64,000 bases of DNA from the human T2T-CHM13v2.0 reference genome, Homo sapiens. The translations under genes and the position numbers were made by a program. The notes beneath the pieces are model-generated. The model ran no database searches. It saw nothing but the letters and a program-made list of their open reading frames with translations, and had not been told where the DNA came from. The stretch is from NCBI RefSeq assembly GCF_009914755.1, contig NC_060927.1; one strand, 5' to 3'. Every line of letters begins with the position of its first letter. The stretch's first letter is position 1. Below, one piece after another: positions 43,794-57,142 of the stretch.

Positions 43794-44279
43794 TGCTGCA
43801 GGATAATTAAGTAATCAGAGAGACCAAGGGGTTGGGGAGGAATTATTTAATTATTTAGGTGCACCGACCCAGATGGATTAACATCCAAAGGACTGAGTCC
43901 TGAAGAAGGGGTCAAGCTACCTTTTAGGCATTTCATGGGGTTGGGGGTGATCTGTGCAGGGGGAAGTGTATTACAGAAATGAGAAACAAAGACAGTTATT
44001 CAGTTAAGACATGCATTACATTATTTCTTACTTTTCAAGGAACAACATGTTTTACGACTTGAGATTATCTGTCTAGTGACCTTGCAGCTGCACAGCTAGA
44101 GAAACAGAGTCTTCACAATGCCTGGGAAAGGGATAAGGCTTACTAGCCACAGAGAGAAAAACAGGCAGTTAATTTTAAAGGACTCCAGCCCTTTCTCCTC
44201 CTCAAGGGGAATTGGGTTTTCTTACATACAACTGAGTATTTGCTTATACAGTTTTCAATTTCTTTTAATTCCTGTTCCA
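43794..44279 (-). mobile_element. ERV1 solo LTR (LTR15-like)
   Basis: TG...CA bounded, 486 bp; the reverse complement starts TGGAACAGGAATTAAAAGAAATT; flanks CTTC/CTTT (near-TSD); family name recalled. Confidence 0.7.
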
Positions 44280-44300
44280 CTTTTACATAAATTTATTTTC

Positions 44301-44840
44301 TGTTGTGCTAATTATCAATTTATCGCCTCTCAGTTCTAAATCCACCCTTCATTGCCCCTCTTGTAATACTGACACTAGATCTCATAAACATTTCTCCTTT
44401 GCCAACTGGGATGATACTAAGCTTTAACAACAGAGAGCACAGGAGGGCTGCTGCAGTAGGAAGGGGCTTCTATTTCTGGTTCTGGTGTTTTCCTTCCTTT
44501 TTGCTCTTGCAACTCTAAGCTGTGTAGGGGAGTCCCAAAGGATGCCACTCTCAGCCAGTTTCAGTGACATACCCACATACAGCTTCCCAGCAACTCCAGC
44601 ACCACGCACCACTGGCAGTCTTTCTGCTGAATTCCATTGGCACCACCACTGGTGGTTTCAGACCTTCATCCTTGGTTTGGTGCACCACAGTGAACTTGAT
44701 TATTCAGTAAGCCACAGCTACGCTCCCTTTAGCAAGGTCTGACCCTCAGCTGTGGAGGTAGAGGTCTCTTCTTTCTTTGGCCAATTTAGGGTTCTATTCT
44801 AATGTTAAATTAAATTATGAATTATTTCCTCTTGGATGCA
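44301..44840 (+). mobile_element. ERVL LTR (LTR41-like)
   Basis: TGTTGTGCTAATTATCAATTTATCGCCTCTCAGTTCTAAATCCACCCTTCATTGCC..ATTTCTCCTTTGCCAACTGG..TAAGCTTT; right boundary uncertain. Confidence 0.65.
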
Positions 44841-45024
44841 CCATAGTACTATAAACACAACACAACAAAAACCGAATACTTCCTTGTAAACCCACTTCCT
44901 CTTAATGTATTTTCACATCAGTGAGTTTACCATTGAAGTATTACACGTGCTTTAAACACAGGAATCTTGTAAATGTCTTTTGCTCCTTTTTCTTCACATT
45001 CAACCTTTGTCACCCAGAATCTTT

Positions 45025-48000
45025 CTTTTTTTTCCCCCCTTCAACTTGTATTTTAAGTTCCAGGGTACATGTGCAGGACGTGCAGATTTGTTACATAGAT
45101 AGACCTGTGCCATGGTGGTTTGCTGCACAGATCAACTCATCACCTAGTCATCAAGCCCAGCATACATTAGCTATTCATCCTGATGCTCTCCCTCCCCGAC
45201 ACCCCCTGATAGGCCTCAATGTGTGTTTTTCTCTCCCTCCACCGCTGTGTCCAACTGTTCTCATCATTCAGATCCCACTCATAAATGAGATCATGCAGTG
45301 TTTGGTTTTTTGTTCCTGCATTAGTTTGCTGAGGATAGTGGCTTCCAGTTCCATCCATGTTCCTGCAAAGGATATAATCTCATTCCTTTCTATGGCTGCA
45401 TAGTATTCCATGATGTATACGTACCACATTTTCTCTACTCAGACTATCATTGATGAGCATTTGGGTTGATTCCATGTCTTTGCTATTGTGAACAGTGCTG
45501 CAATAAACATATATTTACATGTGTCTTTATAATAGAACCATTTATATTTCTTAGAGTATACACCCAATAATGGGATAGCTGGGTCAGATAGTATATCTGC
45601 TTCTAGATCTTTGAGGAATCACCACACCGTCTGCCACAATGGTTGAACTAATCTACTTATTCCCACTAACATTGTAAAAGTGTTCCTTTTTCTCTGCAAG
45701 TTCGCCAGCATCTGTTGTTTCCTGACTTTTTAATAATCGCCATTCTGACTGGCATGAGATGGTATTTCATTGTGGTTTCGATTGGCTTTTCTCTAATTGT
45801 CAGTGATGTTGAGCATTTTTTCATATGTTTGTTGGCCATATGAATGTCTTCTTTGAGAAGTGTCTGTTTATGTCTTTTGCCCACTTTTTAATGGGATTTT
45901 TTTTCTTGTAAATTTGTTTAAGTACCTTGTAGACTCTGTATATTAGACCTTTGTCAGAGAGATAGATTGCAAAATGTTTTTCCTATTTTGTAGTTGTCTG
46001 TTCACTCTGATGATAGTTTCTTTTGTTGTTCAGAAGCTCTTTAGTTAAGTTGGCTCCCATTTGTCAATTTTTGCTTTTGTTGCGATCGCTTTTAGCGTTT
46101 TTGTCATAAACTCTTTGTCCGTGCCTATGTCCTGAATGGTATTGCCTAGATTTTCTTCCAGGTTTTTATAATTTTGGGCTTTACATTTAAGTCCTTTATT
46201 CATCGAGTTAATTTTTGTATAAGATTTAAGGAAATTTTCTGCATATGGCTAGCCAGTTCTGCCAGCACCATTTATTAAAAAGGGAATCCTTTCCCTATGG
46301 CTTGTTTTTGTTAGGTTTGTCAAAGATCAGATTGTTGTAGGTGTGCAGTCTTACTTCTGAGTTCTCTATTCTGTTCCATTGGTCTGTGTATCTGTTTTTG
46401 TACCAGTACCATGCTGTTTCAGTTACTGCAGCCTTGTAGTATAGTTTGAAGTCAGGTAGCATGATGCCTCCAGCTTTGCTCTTTTTGCTCAGGATTGTCT
46501 TGGCTATCCTGGTTCTTTTTTGGTTCTATATGAATTTTAAAATAGTTTTTTTTTATAATTCTGTGAAGAATGTCAAAGGTAGTTTAATAAGAATAATGTT
46601 AAATCTATAAATTACTTTGGGCAGTATGGCCATTTTCATGATATTGATTCTTCCTATCTATGAGAATGGAATGTTTTTCCATTTGCTTGTGTCCTCTCTG
46701 ATTTCCTTGAGCATTAGTTTGTACTTCTCCCTGAAGAGGTCCTTCACCTCCCTTGTTAGCTGTATTTGTAGATATTTTATTCTGTTTGTAGCAATTGTGA
46801 ATAGGAGTTCATTCATGATCTGGCTCTCTGCTTGCCTGTTGTTGGTGTATAGAAATGATACCAATTTTTGCACATTTATTTTGTATCCTTAGAATTTGCT
46901 AAAGTTGCTTATCAGCTTAAGAAGCTTTTGGGCTGAGACAATGGGGTCTTCTAGATACAGGATCATGTCATCTGCAAACAAAGATAATTTGACTTCCTCT
47001 CTTCTTATTTAAATATGCTTTTTTTCTTTCTCTTGCCTAATTGTCCTGGCCAGAACTTCCAATACTATATTGAATAGGAGTGATGAGAGAGGGGATCCTT
47101 GTCTTGTACTGGTTTTTAAGGGGAATGCTTCCAGCTTCTGCCCATTTAGTATGTTACCGGCTGTAGGTTTGTCACATATGGCTCTTACTATTTTAAGGTA
47201 TGTTTCTTCAATACATAGTTTATTGAGAGGTTTTAACATAAAGGGATGTTTAATTTTATCAGAGGCCTTTTCTGCATCTATTGAGATAATCATGTGGTTT
47301 TTTTCTTTAGTTCTGTTTATGTGATAAATTACAATTATTGATTCACATATGTTTAACCAACTTTGCATCCTGAGGATGAAGCCTGCTTGATTGTGGTGGA
47401 TAAGTTTTTTCATGTGTGGCTGGATTCAGTTTGCCAGTGTTTTACTGAGGATTCGTGCATCAATGTTCATCAGGGATCCTGGCCTGAAGTTTTATTTTTT
47501 CTTGTATCTCTGCTAGGTTTTGGTATCAGGATGATGCTGGCATCATAAAATGAGTTAGCAAGGAGTCCTTCCTTCTCAGTTGTTAGGAATCATTTCAGAA
47601 GAAATGGTACCAGCTCCTCTTTGTACCTCCAGTAGAATTCAGCTGTAAATCTGTCTGGTCCTGGGCCTTTTTTTGTTTGGTAGGGTATTTATTTCTGTCT
47701 CAATTTTGGAACTTGTTGTTGATCTATTCAGGGATTCAATTTCTTTCTGGTTCAGTCTTGGGAGGGTGTGTGCATCCAGGAATTTATTCATTTCTTCTAA
47801 GTTTTCTAGTTTATTTGTGTAGAGGTCCTTATAGTATTCTCTGATGGTTGGTTGTATTTCTGTGGTGTAAGTGGTGATATCCCCTTTATCATTTTTTATT
47901 GTGTCTATTTGATCCTTCTCTCTTTTCTTCTTTATTAGTCTAGCTTGTAGCCTTATCTATTTTATTATTTTTTTCAAAAATTTAGCTCCTGGATTCATTG

Positions 48001-48533
48001 ATTTTTTTTGAAAGGTTTTTTATGTCTCCATCTCCATCAGTTCCACCCTAATCTTGGTTATTTTTTGTCTTCTAATAGCTTTGGAGTTTGTTTGCTCTTG
48101 TTTCTCTAGGTCCTTTAGTCGTGTTGTTAGGTTGTTGATTTGAGAGGTCTTTCTAGCTTTTTGATGTGGGTATTTAGTGCTATACGTTTTCCTCATAACA
48201 CTACTTTAGCTGCGTCCCAGAGATTCTGGCACGTTGTCTCTTTGTTCTCATTAGTTTCAAAGAACTTCTTGCTATCTGCCTTAATTTCATTATTTACCAA
48301 AAAGTCATTCAGGAGCAAGTTGTTCAATTTCCATGTAGTTGTGTCATTTTGAGTAAGTTTCTTAATTTTGAGTTCTAATTCACTTGTGCTGTGGTCTGAG
48401 AGGCTGCTTGCTATAATTTGTTTGTTATGACTTCAGTTCTTTTGCATTTGCTAAGGAGTGTTTTACTACCAATTATGTGACCAATTTTAGAGTAAGTGGT
48501 GATGAAAAGAATGTATATCCTGTTGTTTTTGGT
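45025..48533 (-). mobile_element. L1PA (about PA11-13), 5'-truncated, ~3.5 kb of disrupted ORF2 plus 3'UTR
   Basis: ORF track gives RT fragments ([50 protein letters not shown]); diverged TSD GTCACCCAGAATCTTT (45009-45024) / GTTACCTATAATCTTT (48534-48549). Confidence 0.97.
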
Positions 48534-48549
48534 GTTACCTATAATCTTT

Positions 48550-48900
48550 ATAACCATTTTTTGAGGATGGCTTTTTCCTTCCATTCTCACTGTCAATACA
48601 TTAATCATCCAGAAAGTGTCCCCTCTTCTTTCTCCCTTTGATTATTCATCTTAACTGGTTACTCACTGATTTCTCCTTATGACTTACCCCTTCCAATGCA
48701 TTCTCCATATTCTCCACAGGACAGTGTCCTCTCCCATACAGCACTCACCTATCATCCTATATCCCATACTGCCTCTCATTTTAAGCCATACCCTAATGTT
48801 AGTTCTTTTGTACTCAGAAAAAGGGTTGAGCATGTTTTCTGGCATCTGTGATACTCTGGGTTCATGATCTTCTATCAGTATTTCTATTTATTTTCTCTCC
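48550..48900 (+). mobile_element. L2 relic, continuing ~44880-45010 and split by the L1
   Basis: TCCTTCCATTCTCACTGTCA..TCTTAACTGGT..CCCCTTCCAATGCATTCTCCA. Confidence 0.55.
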
Positions 48901-49269
48901 ATTATCTTTCTATTTCTCTGCCTTAGCCTTTAGTGATCTTCAGTTTACTATTTGTTTCAAGCATAAAATATATATTTACAAAAGTACCTTACCAATACCT
49001 GTATCAATATAACTATGCAGGGAAATATTTGAAGTTTCTTTTAAAAACCCATATAGCATTTACTTGATATAATTATGTTCTGATGACTATAATCTCAACA
49101 AAAAAATTTTCTAAGATCTATAGGGCGATATCTTTTCCATCATATATCCATAGAGTCTTCACTTTCATATAAAGAAGAAACCCTTAAAGTAGGGATGTAA
49201 TATTAATAATCCATTATAGATTTCATGCTGTTGAGATTCTGTGAAAATTCAAGATAATTTTAAAATAAT

Positions 49270-49495
49270 TAAGCATATGGGTTTTGAAATTTAAAAGTTT
49301 TGAGGATACAAGGGGCTTTCTACATACACCCTGTGTCAGATTTCTTAAGTTGTATACTTTTAATTACATACTTATATGTAAGATGGAAAAAAATATCTAA
49401 TTTCTAGGTTACTTGTAAGAATTTAAATGAAACAATGTATATTTAATGCTTATCACAATTTCTAGCACCTAACAAGTATTCAGTAAAATGTAGCT
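49270..49495 (+). mobile_element. MIR
   Basis: TAAGCATATGGGTTTTGAAAT..TGTAAGATGG..TTGTAAGAATTTAAATGA..TCTAGCACCTAACAAGTATTCAGTAAA. Confidence 0.7.
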
Positions 49496-50659
49496 GAAGC
49501 AATAATTTAGGATTTGTGTCTTTTTTTCTTTCTCTACTCTCAATTATCTCCTTTACATTTATTTTTTAAAAATAGCTTAACACTGAGAAAATAATGAAAA
49601 CCTGAACAATTGCTAAGGAGGATGATGTATTCTTTGGGCATACAACAATGTAAATTTTGAAATACAACGTTTAGAACCCTTTTGTACAACCACCACTAAT
49701 CATCTTGAAAGCACGCCAGGAGGAAGAGCAACATAAATTCAGATTAGTAGTCTAGTAGGATTCTTCCCTGGAAGTAGAGATATAGAAAGCAGAATTTTTT
49801 TAAGAAATGCCTTATAGAAAGGGGAGGAGCTGGAAATGGGAAATGTCTATACTATTTTTCAACCCCTAAATAGGCCAAATTCCAAAGGGACAAAGTTCCT
49901 GGAGTGAACAGGTTACTAGTACAGAAACAGATGGAAAGGAAGTGGAAAGCTGCTCCTGAAGAGAGGTTATTACACACATCTGTGTGATGATCACTCATTA
50001 AAAAAAAAATTCACTACAGAGTTTCTAAGTTCCCTGTTTATCTTGTTTGTCTTCTCTTAGTTTATTTATGTTTTTAAAAGAGTCAGTACAATAAATTGCT
50101 TGAAAAGAATCATCTTTAGTGGTTGAGGTAGCCCCCTCTGGTATTCTGAATATTAGATTTATAGGCACTCAGGTCTCTTTTTCATTACCCTTCCAAGGTC
50201 TCTCCATTTCAATTCCAGTTGTTCACATCCTGTTTCAAGAGACACCCTGTGGAGCTGATCACATGCAGGAGAGTCTGTTTAAAAGTCTTTTACTTATTAG
50301 GAAAATTCTCTTTCAGAATCCTGGCATCAGAGAAGACCCCAGGATCCCATGACCACAATAAATGTGCTGATCTTCCTCAGCACTCAAACTGGCCTTCCTC
50401 ATTCCTTTCACTAATTCATCATTCCTTTCATTTTATAAATCAGAAGAAAGTTTCAAACCTCGATGCCACAAAGGAATGGTGGGTCAAATCTCTTGGTAAT
50501 GCAATTTCATATTAATTTTGGAATTTCATTTTTTTCATTATGGTAAATCTATTTTTATGTGTTTGATCTTGCTATTCATAAGTAATGGCTTTTTTGTGTG
50601 TTGTCATCTTGCAAATAATGTTGTATCATTTTTGCCTACCCAACAGAATGTGTGATTAG

Positions 50660-50995
50660 AGCAAATCCAACAATTGACAGCCTACAGGTCAGATCCAGCT
50701 TATAATTATAACCTGTTTGACCCTCAGAATATTTTTAAATCCTTTGAGTTTGTTTCCAACATTTAAAAATCAGAATTTTATGGTGAATCTGAATGCCCCA
50801 TTCTTGTGAAATAATGAAAGGCCTCCCAATATTACATTAACCTTTCTGCTTGAAAACAGTTGGCTAAAATCCTTTTAGACTGGGCTATGTTTTACAATAC
50901 AACAAGCCTCCACCACTCTCTAATTCTCCCATCCCACTTCACTCATTTACATTCTCTCCCTCACCCCTTTCAGCACTTGTATTTGCAATCTCCTG
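50660..50995. mobile_element. MER102 (hAT-Charlie)
   Basis: CCAACATTTAAAAATCAG..CCTTTTAGACTGGGC..CCACCACTC..CTTCACTCATTTACATT..TTTGCAATCTCCTG. Confidence 0.8.
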
Positions 50996-51629
50996 GCACA
51001 AACACACACACAGAGATTATACCTGATGTCTAATGCGTATACATATTTTTCTCAAAATTTTAATCTCACATTTTTTTCTCTCAACAAATATTTCCTGCCC
51101 TAATTCAAAATCTGTTCAGTTCTACATGAAGATTATTGCCAAATTTTTAGTTTCGCTAGCATGCTTTCAAATGTAGCAGGACTCCAATGTCAGGCCAACC
51201 TAGAATTAATTCAGACATGTCTAGGTGTGCCCACCTTAATAGATGGTCATGGAAGTGATATGGTAGGATTCTTTTGCATGGAACTCTCAGAAGAAACATC
51301 CTGGGGGCCCGGGATAAGGGTCATTCTACAGGAAGCGTACGCCCAAAAACAAAATTGGAGTTGGAGTGAAGAAGTGATCCTTAGATAGCACCACTAAATT
51401 AAAGTGGTTTTGACCCAGCCCCCATTCACTTTTGCCTGGGTCCAAAGGAAAGTGAGGATTCTAAGTAGAAACTGCAAGACCTAGTTCTTTAAAAAATCTG
51501 TGTAAGACAATGTTGGTATATATAACACTGCTCTGTTTGCTCTCTGCCAGAGTGCAACCCCAGAAAATTATTACCTTATGTTGTTTTACTAAAACATGCT
51601 TGATTGTTAAAATATTTATTTTATTCAAA

Positions 51630-52550
51630 ACATGAAAACAAGTGAACAGATGAAATCAAGTGAATATTTGCATAATCTTGAAAGTGGAGTTGGACACCAA
51701 AGAATGAGAAAGTAGAATGATCAATCTGACTCTATAGACTTTATGCATGGTAAACTATTTCAAACTTAAAACCTATTTGCAATACAGATGATGAGGTAAA
51801 AGTATCCTTAATATAGAAGGTGGTCTTATACATTCTTTAAACCAGTTAGAAGATTAGTAGAACAGTGAACAAGATCGTATGTTACTCATAAAATAGTCAA
51901 ATATCTGAAAATATCTTAATAAATGTTTAATGTCATTCATTACTTTAAAACATATTTAAACTAAATATGAGACATTCTTTTTGACTATCATATTAGCAAA
52001 TATGAAGAAATTATAATATCCTTATAAAACACTGTATGTGAAAATTGCCACAACCTTCCTGAAGGACAATTTGACACTAAGTATTTAAAAATGTTAATTT
52101 TCATATTCTTTAATTTGCAACACTTCTAAAAATGTATACTAAATGATAAAATAGAAATTTGGGCAAAGATGTATATACAGAAATGTTTATTGGAAGTTTA
52201 GTATTTTTAATAATAGAAAACTAAAATAAGAAGAAACCCTTTGTAAAAAAAGAATCGAATAAATAATTTGATATCCATATAGTTGGATATTATCCAGCTC
52301 TTTAAAAAAATTGTACAAGGAAATTTATTAACAGAGAGAAAAGTACAGAACATATTATTAGTGTAAAATATGTGGTAAACATACACAGACTTTTTAAAAA
52401 AAAAAAAAAGAAAGAATCTTTATGAAGAATATCACCAAAATGCTAAGAGTGGTCATGTGAATTTGGGACATTTAATTTTTTTACTTTAGTTCTTTCAGAG
52501 TCAGCTACATTTTGTAGGAGATAAAAAATTTGTAATTAGGGTGAAAAGCA
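51630..52550 (+). mobile_element. Old L1 (L1ME/L1MC-like), ORF2 end and 3'UTR
   Basis: AAATTGCCACAACCTTCCTGAAGGACAATTTGACA..CAAAGATGTATATACAGAAATGTTTATTG..CACCAAAATGCTAAGAGTGGT. Confidence 0.65.
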
Positions 52551-52637
52551 AATTTTATTTCAAATGTTTATTAGATAAAGTAATGGTTGAGGAAGTGTAT
52601 AGGCTAGTTCCAGACTTACATCAAAAGTGTTAATTAA

Positions 52638-53418
52638 AAATTGGACATTACAGCTATTGTGGAAAGCAGTACGAAGGTTCTACCAAAAACTAAAAATAGA
52701 ATTACTAAAAAATCCAGCAATCCATCCACTGGGTATATACCCAAAGGAAATGATGAACTCCTATGTTTCTTGCAGCATTATTCAATTGTTCACAACAGCC
52801 AAGATATGGAAACAACAAAAGTGTCCATTAATGGATAAAGAAATTGTGGCATATGGATTTATATATATGAATATATTCAACCTTAAAAAGAAAAGGATAC
52901 TGCCATTTGCGGCAACATGGATGACTTGAATGACATTATAATAAGTGAAATAATCCAGATATTAAAAATATACTGCACGATCTCAATTATATGTGGAATC
53001 TGAGAAAAGTCGAATACATAGAAAGAGAGAGTAGAACGATGGTTGCCAGGTGTGGGGCAAGAAGGAGGAGGTTTACGGAGTGGGGAGATGTAGGTCAAAG
53101 GGTACAAATGTGTAATTATCTATAAGTAATATGTCTAGAGATCTAACATACAGCATAAGGATTATAGTTAATATTGTATTGTATACTGAAAATTTGCTGA
53201 CAGTAGATTTTAAGTGCTCTTACAACACACACACAAAGTAACTATGTGAGATGATGGATATGTTAAATTGCTTAACTGAACTAATTATTTGACTATTAAC
53301 TATGCTTACAGTTAAACATCATGCATGACATGATGTTTTGACATACATATACATTTTTATATATAAAATAAAATAAATAAATGTAAAAACTTAAAATTTA
53401 AAAATTAAAAAAAAAAAG
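52638..53418 (+). mobile_element. L1MA (about MA8) 3' end
   Basis: ORF2 C-terminus (LKIELLKNPAIHPLGIYPKEM..ILPFAATWM); 3'UTR GGGGAGATGTAGGTCAAAGGGTACAAA..GTCTAGAGATCTAA; A-rich tail. Confidence 0.9.
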
Positions 53419-53675
53419 AAATTTGGGAGTGGGTCTGGGCAGGGGGTTCTGGAAGCACTGGTAGTCCACAGCAATGGTGGCAGGTTTTGAGTCATCTGGC
53501 AAGAAGGAGGGATCCAGTAGGGATAGAAATTCCTGGTAGACACAAAAATTTCTAGTGGAAAAGGTGGGCACACCCACTACAGACAGATGGCCTATCTTGA
53601 AAAATGACACCAGAGTAGGACCAGCAGAAATAGCAGGGATGCCAGGCAGATGCCTTTTGATAGTGCATCAGATTT

Positions 53676-54389
53676 TTTTTTAACTTTTATTTTAAGTTCA
53701 GGGTTACGTGTGCAGTTTTGTTACATACGTAAATGTGTGTCATGGGGCTTTGGTGTACAGATTATTTCATCACCCAGGTATTAAGCCTAGTACCCATTAG
53801 TTATTTTTCCTGATCCTCTCCCTTCTCCCACCCTCCACCTTCTGATAGGCCCCAGCGTGTGTTGTTCCCCTATAGGTGTCCACGTGTTCTCATCATTCAG
53901 CTCCCACTTAAAAGTGAGAACATGCAGTGTTTGGTTTTCTGTTCCTCCCTTAGTTTGCTAAGGATAATGGCCTCAGGCTTCATCCATGTCCCTGCAAAGA
54001 ACATAATCTCATTCTTTTATATGGCTACATAGTATTCCACGGTGTATATGTACTGCATTTTCTTTATCCAGTCTATTGTTTATGGGCATTTGGGTTGATT
54101 CCATGTCTTTGCTGTTGTGAATGAACATATACGTCCATGCGTGTTTATGATAGAACAATTTATGTTCCTTTGGGTATACACCCAGTAATGGAATTGCTGG
54201 GTTGAATGGTATTTCTGTCTAGGTCTTTGAGGAATCACCATACTGTCTTCCTCAATGGTTGAACTAATTTACACTCCCACCAACGGGATATAAGTGTTTA
54301 TTTTTCTCCACAACCTCACTAGTATTTATTATTTTTTTGTCTTTTTAACGATAACCATTCTGACTGGTGTGAGATTTGTGCTTTTGATT
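53676..54389 (-). mobile_element. L1PA (about PA14-16) 3' end
   Basis: GTACAGATTATTTCATCACCCAGGTATTAAGCCTAGTACCC; TSD TAGTGCATCA(G/T)ATTT at 53661-53675 and 54390-54404. Confidence 0.95.
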
Positions 54390-55214
54390 TAGTGCATCAT
54401 ATTTGATCATGAAAAATTTGGATTAGTGCTATGGAGACTTGTGGACATAATTGGGATACACTTTGCAAGGGCTAGAATCTTATATTAGTAAGTAAACACA
54501 GGAGACTTCAAATTATAGGTGATTTTTGTAGAAGTGGCCCCATATTTTGTAGCAGGCTGGAATGGCCTGATGAAATATGAATAGGTCCATTTCTCATGGT
54601 TCCAACAGTAATACCTATATTCATATATATTGCTCTTTTATCTGTATTCTGCGGACCCATGAAATACATTTTGCTAAAGTTTACTTCTGCTTCTGGATGA
54701 AACACAGAATTTAACTTTTATTTGATAACCTGGACGAACATTTCTGAAATACTAAGACCATTTTAGAAGGGCAAATGATAAATTAGTAGAATCAAAGCCA
54801 TTTTTCTGTTTCAGACTATAATATTATGTTATTGTATAAGTGTAGCCAAATCACTATAATTTTTTATCCTCTAAAACAGGGCAAAATAGACCTGTCTAAA
54901 GTTTTGAGAGCTTCTTGTAAATGCAGTTTTATAAAAGGTAAGATTTTGAGGGTACAATTAAATAGTATTCAAATGCAAAAGACTAGTAATTCAGCATTCC
55001 TCATGAACATTGTGGATTTAATTCCGGTAACATATGATTATTTCAACATATAAATACAGCTTTTTGAGTCTCAACCTGTATCTATGCAAACAAAATCCAA
55101 GTGATCATGTATATATTATAGTGTCATTTCTAAACCCCTGTCAATTTGTTGTTGTATATCTAATTAGCTGATTTTAAAAAGTGTCAATCACATTATTTGC
55201 TTTTAAGTATTTCA

Positions 55215-55360
55215 GAGGAGGAAAGAAAAGGGAAGAGAAACTAGATAATGCAAATGTGGCAAATCATGAGCATTGCTAAAACTGGATTGTGAACATATGG
55301 GAGTTCATTGTACTATTCAGTCTATTTCTGTATATGTTTGAAACTTTTCATAGTGAAAAT
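55215..55360 (+). mobile_element. Old L1 (L1ME/MC) 3'UTR fragment
   Basis: GCAAATGTGGCAAA..ATATGGGAGTTCATTGTACTATTC..TTTCTGTATATGTTTGAAACTTTTCATA. Confidence 0.75.
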
Positions 55361-56191
55361 AATTTATTAAGCCTTTTAAATGTTGATTCAGATATCATTT
55401 TTAACATCTTAATATACATTCATTCATATGTTAACATGTGCTTATTTTATATCATAGAGGAAACTTTAAATTAATCTCCTTCTCAGAAGGCAGAGGCCTC
55501 ACTATGTTTCATCTCTAACTCAATTTTTTTAGATGCAGTGAAGGATATTGTTCATTCATATCCCCATCAATTTTAATAAACAAGCATATGACAAAAAAAA
55601 AACCTCCTGTGACCTCTAACGTATCCTGTTTCAAATGGGCCAGATCTGTGCCTCCATAGTCTTAGGAATAAAGTCCCTAACCTCAGTAATAATACAGTTA
55701 TTGCTCACCAGCATTCTGAGATGCATTTAAGAAGTTTGTCTAGCATATGTTCTGGGTTTTCACAGTCTGAAAAACATGTTCTAAAGCCCATTCATTTGCA
55801 TAAAAGGCTCAAAGATTAGATCACTATGATATTTCATAAATTACTATGTTCTCTAGTTGTCACAGATAGCTGTTGCACAGTCATTGGTTACCCTAAATGG
55901 AATCCAAATACCTCTTCCCTTATGGTACTCTGAGACTATGGTCCCACTACCCTTTGAGGTTTCAGCATTATTACTTCTGGTTTGCCCAGGGCAGTTGCAG
56001 TTTATGCCTTATTATTCCAGTACAATTATTAACACACCTCATTTCATTCAATCCAAATCATTTCCTATATTCAATGTAATTAACCAAACATGTATTCCTT
56101 TCCATATGTACCCTGAGATGTACATATGTACTCTTTTTTCCTCTTTGTACCTTTAAACATTGTTTACTTCAGTAGTAAGTACCCCATGCCT

Positions 56192-56380
56192 TAAATTGCC
56201 ATTTTTAGAAAATATAATACAGCATTTCCAGTTAAGTTCGAATTTCAGATAAGCAATGGATAATGTTTTAGTATAAATATGTCCCATGCAATATTTGAGA
56301 CATACCTATACCAAAATTATTCACAGCTTCTCTGAAATTCAAATTTAACTGAACATCTTACATTTCATTTGGCAACTCTA
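56192..56380. mobile_element. MER53 palindromic hAT MITE
   Basis: TTGCCA..CAGTTAAGTTCGAATTTCAGA..TATGTCCCATGCAATATTTGAGACATA..TCTGAAATTCAAATTTAACTG..TGGCAA; arms are self-complementary. Confidence 0.88.
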
Positions 56381-56826
56381 TCGACACCTCAATCTATAGT
56401 TCAAGACCTAACTCAAATGCTTTGTCCAGTCTGAGACCTCGAGTGAAACCTTCTTACCTCCTTCCAGTGCTACCTCCCAGAGTATTTTAATTGTACCTCT
56501 CTTATGATACCAAGTGTTCTAACTAATGTCAAACCACTCATATACATATCTCCTGCATTTCTCTTCATGTGACTTGAGGACAATAGTTGAGCTTTACTTA
56601 TTTTCCCCAGGCGCATTACAAATCACTTGTTGACCAATACTAGGAATCAATAGTTTGAACGTCTAAAAATAACTATGTTAGTAATCTTAGTTGGATTTGA
56701 CAAATTCATAGATTAAAATTCCTCAGAATTGTTTTTCAAACCCTCTGATGCCTTAACAGTTTCTCACAAGAGCAACTGAATGATAATATCTGCTTCTTCA
56801 TTCCAAAATTAAAAATATTGCTACTA

Positions 56827-56997
56827 GGTTCATTGATTGTAACAAATATACCACTCTGGTGTGGGATGTTGATAGTAGGAGAGACTGCGAGTGTATGGGG
56901 CAGGGAGTTTATGGGAACTACGCATATTTTCCAGTCAGTCTTGCTGTGAACCTAACACTGCTCTAAAAAATAAAGTTTATTTTTAATAATTAAAAAA
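56827..56997 (+). mobile_element. L1MC-like 3' end fragment
   Basis: GGTTCATTGATTGTAACAAATATACCACTCTGGTG..TTGCTGTGAACCTAACACTGCTCTAAAAAATAAAG. Confidence 0.85.
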
Positions 56998-57142
56998 GGT
57001 TGATTTGAATTAAGCTTTAAAAAATTCAGGTGCTATTAAAAATTTCCTAAATTCATGGATGTTAGCCAGGTGATACATAATGTATATATAATATATATAT
57101 TATACAAAAAAATGCATATATATTATATATAATTATATATAT

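Noticed and set aside
44921-48608. Cluster of ORFs with reverse-transcriptase similarity
   Set aside because: Frameshifted and stop-riddled L1 ORF2 in a 5'-truncated element, not a functional gene or a novel RT system
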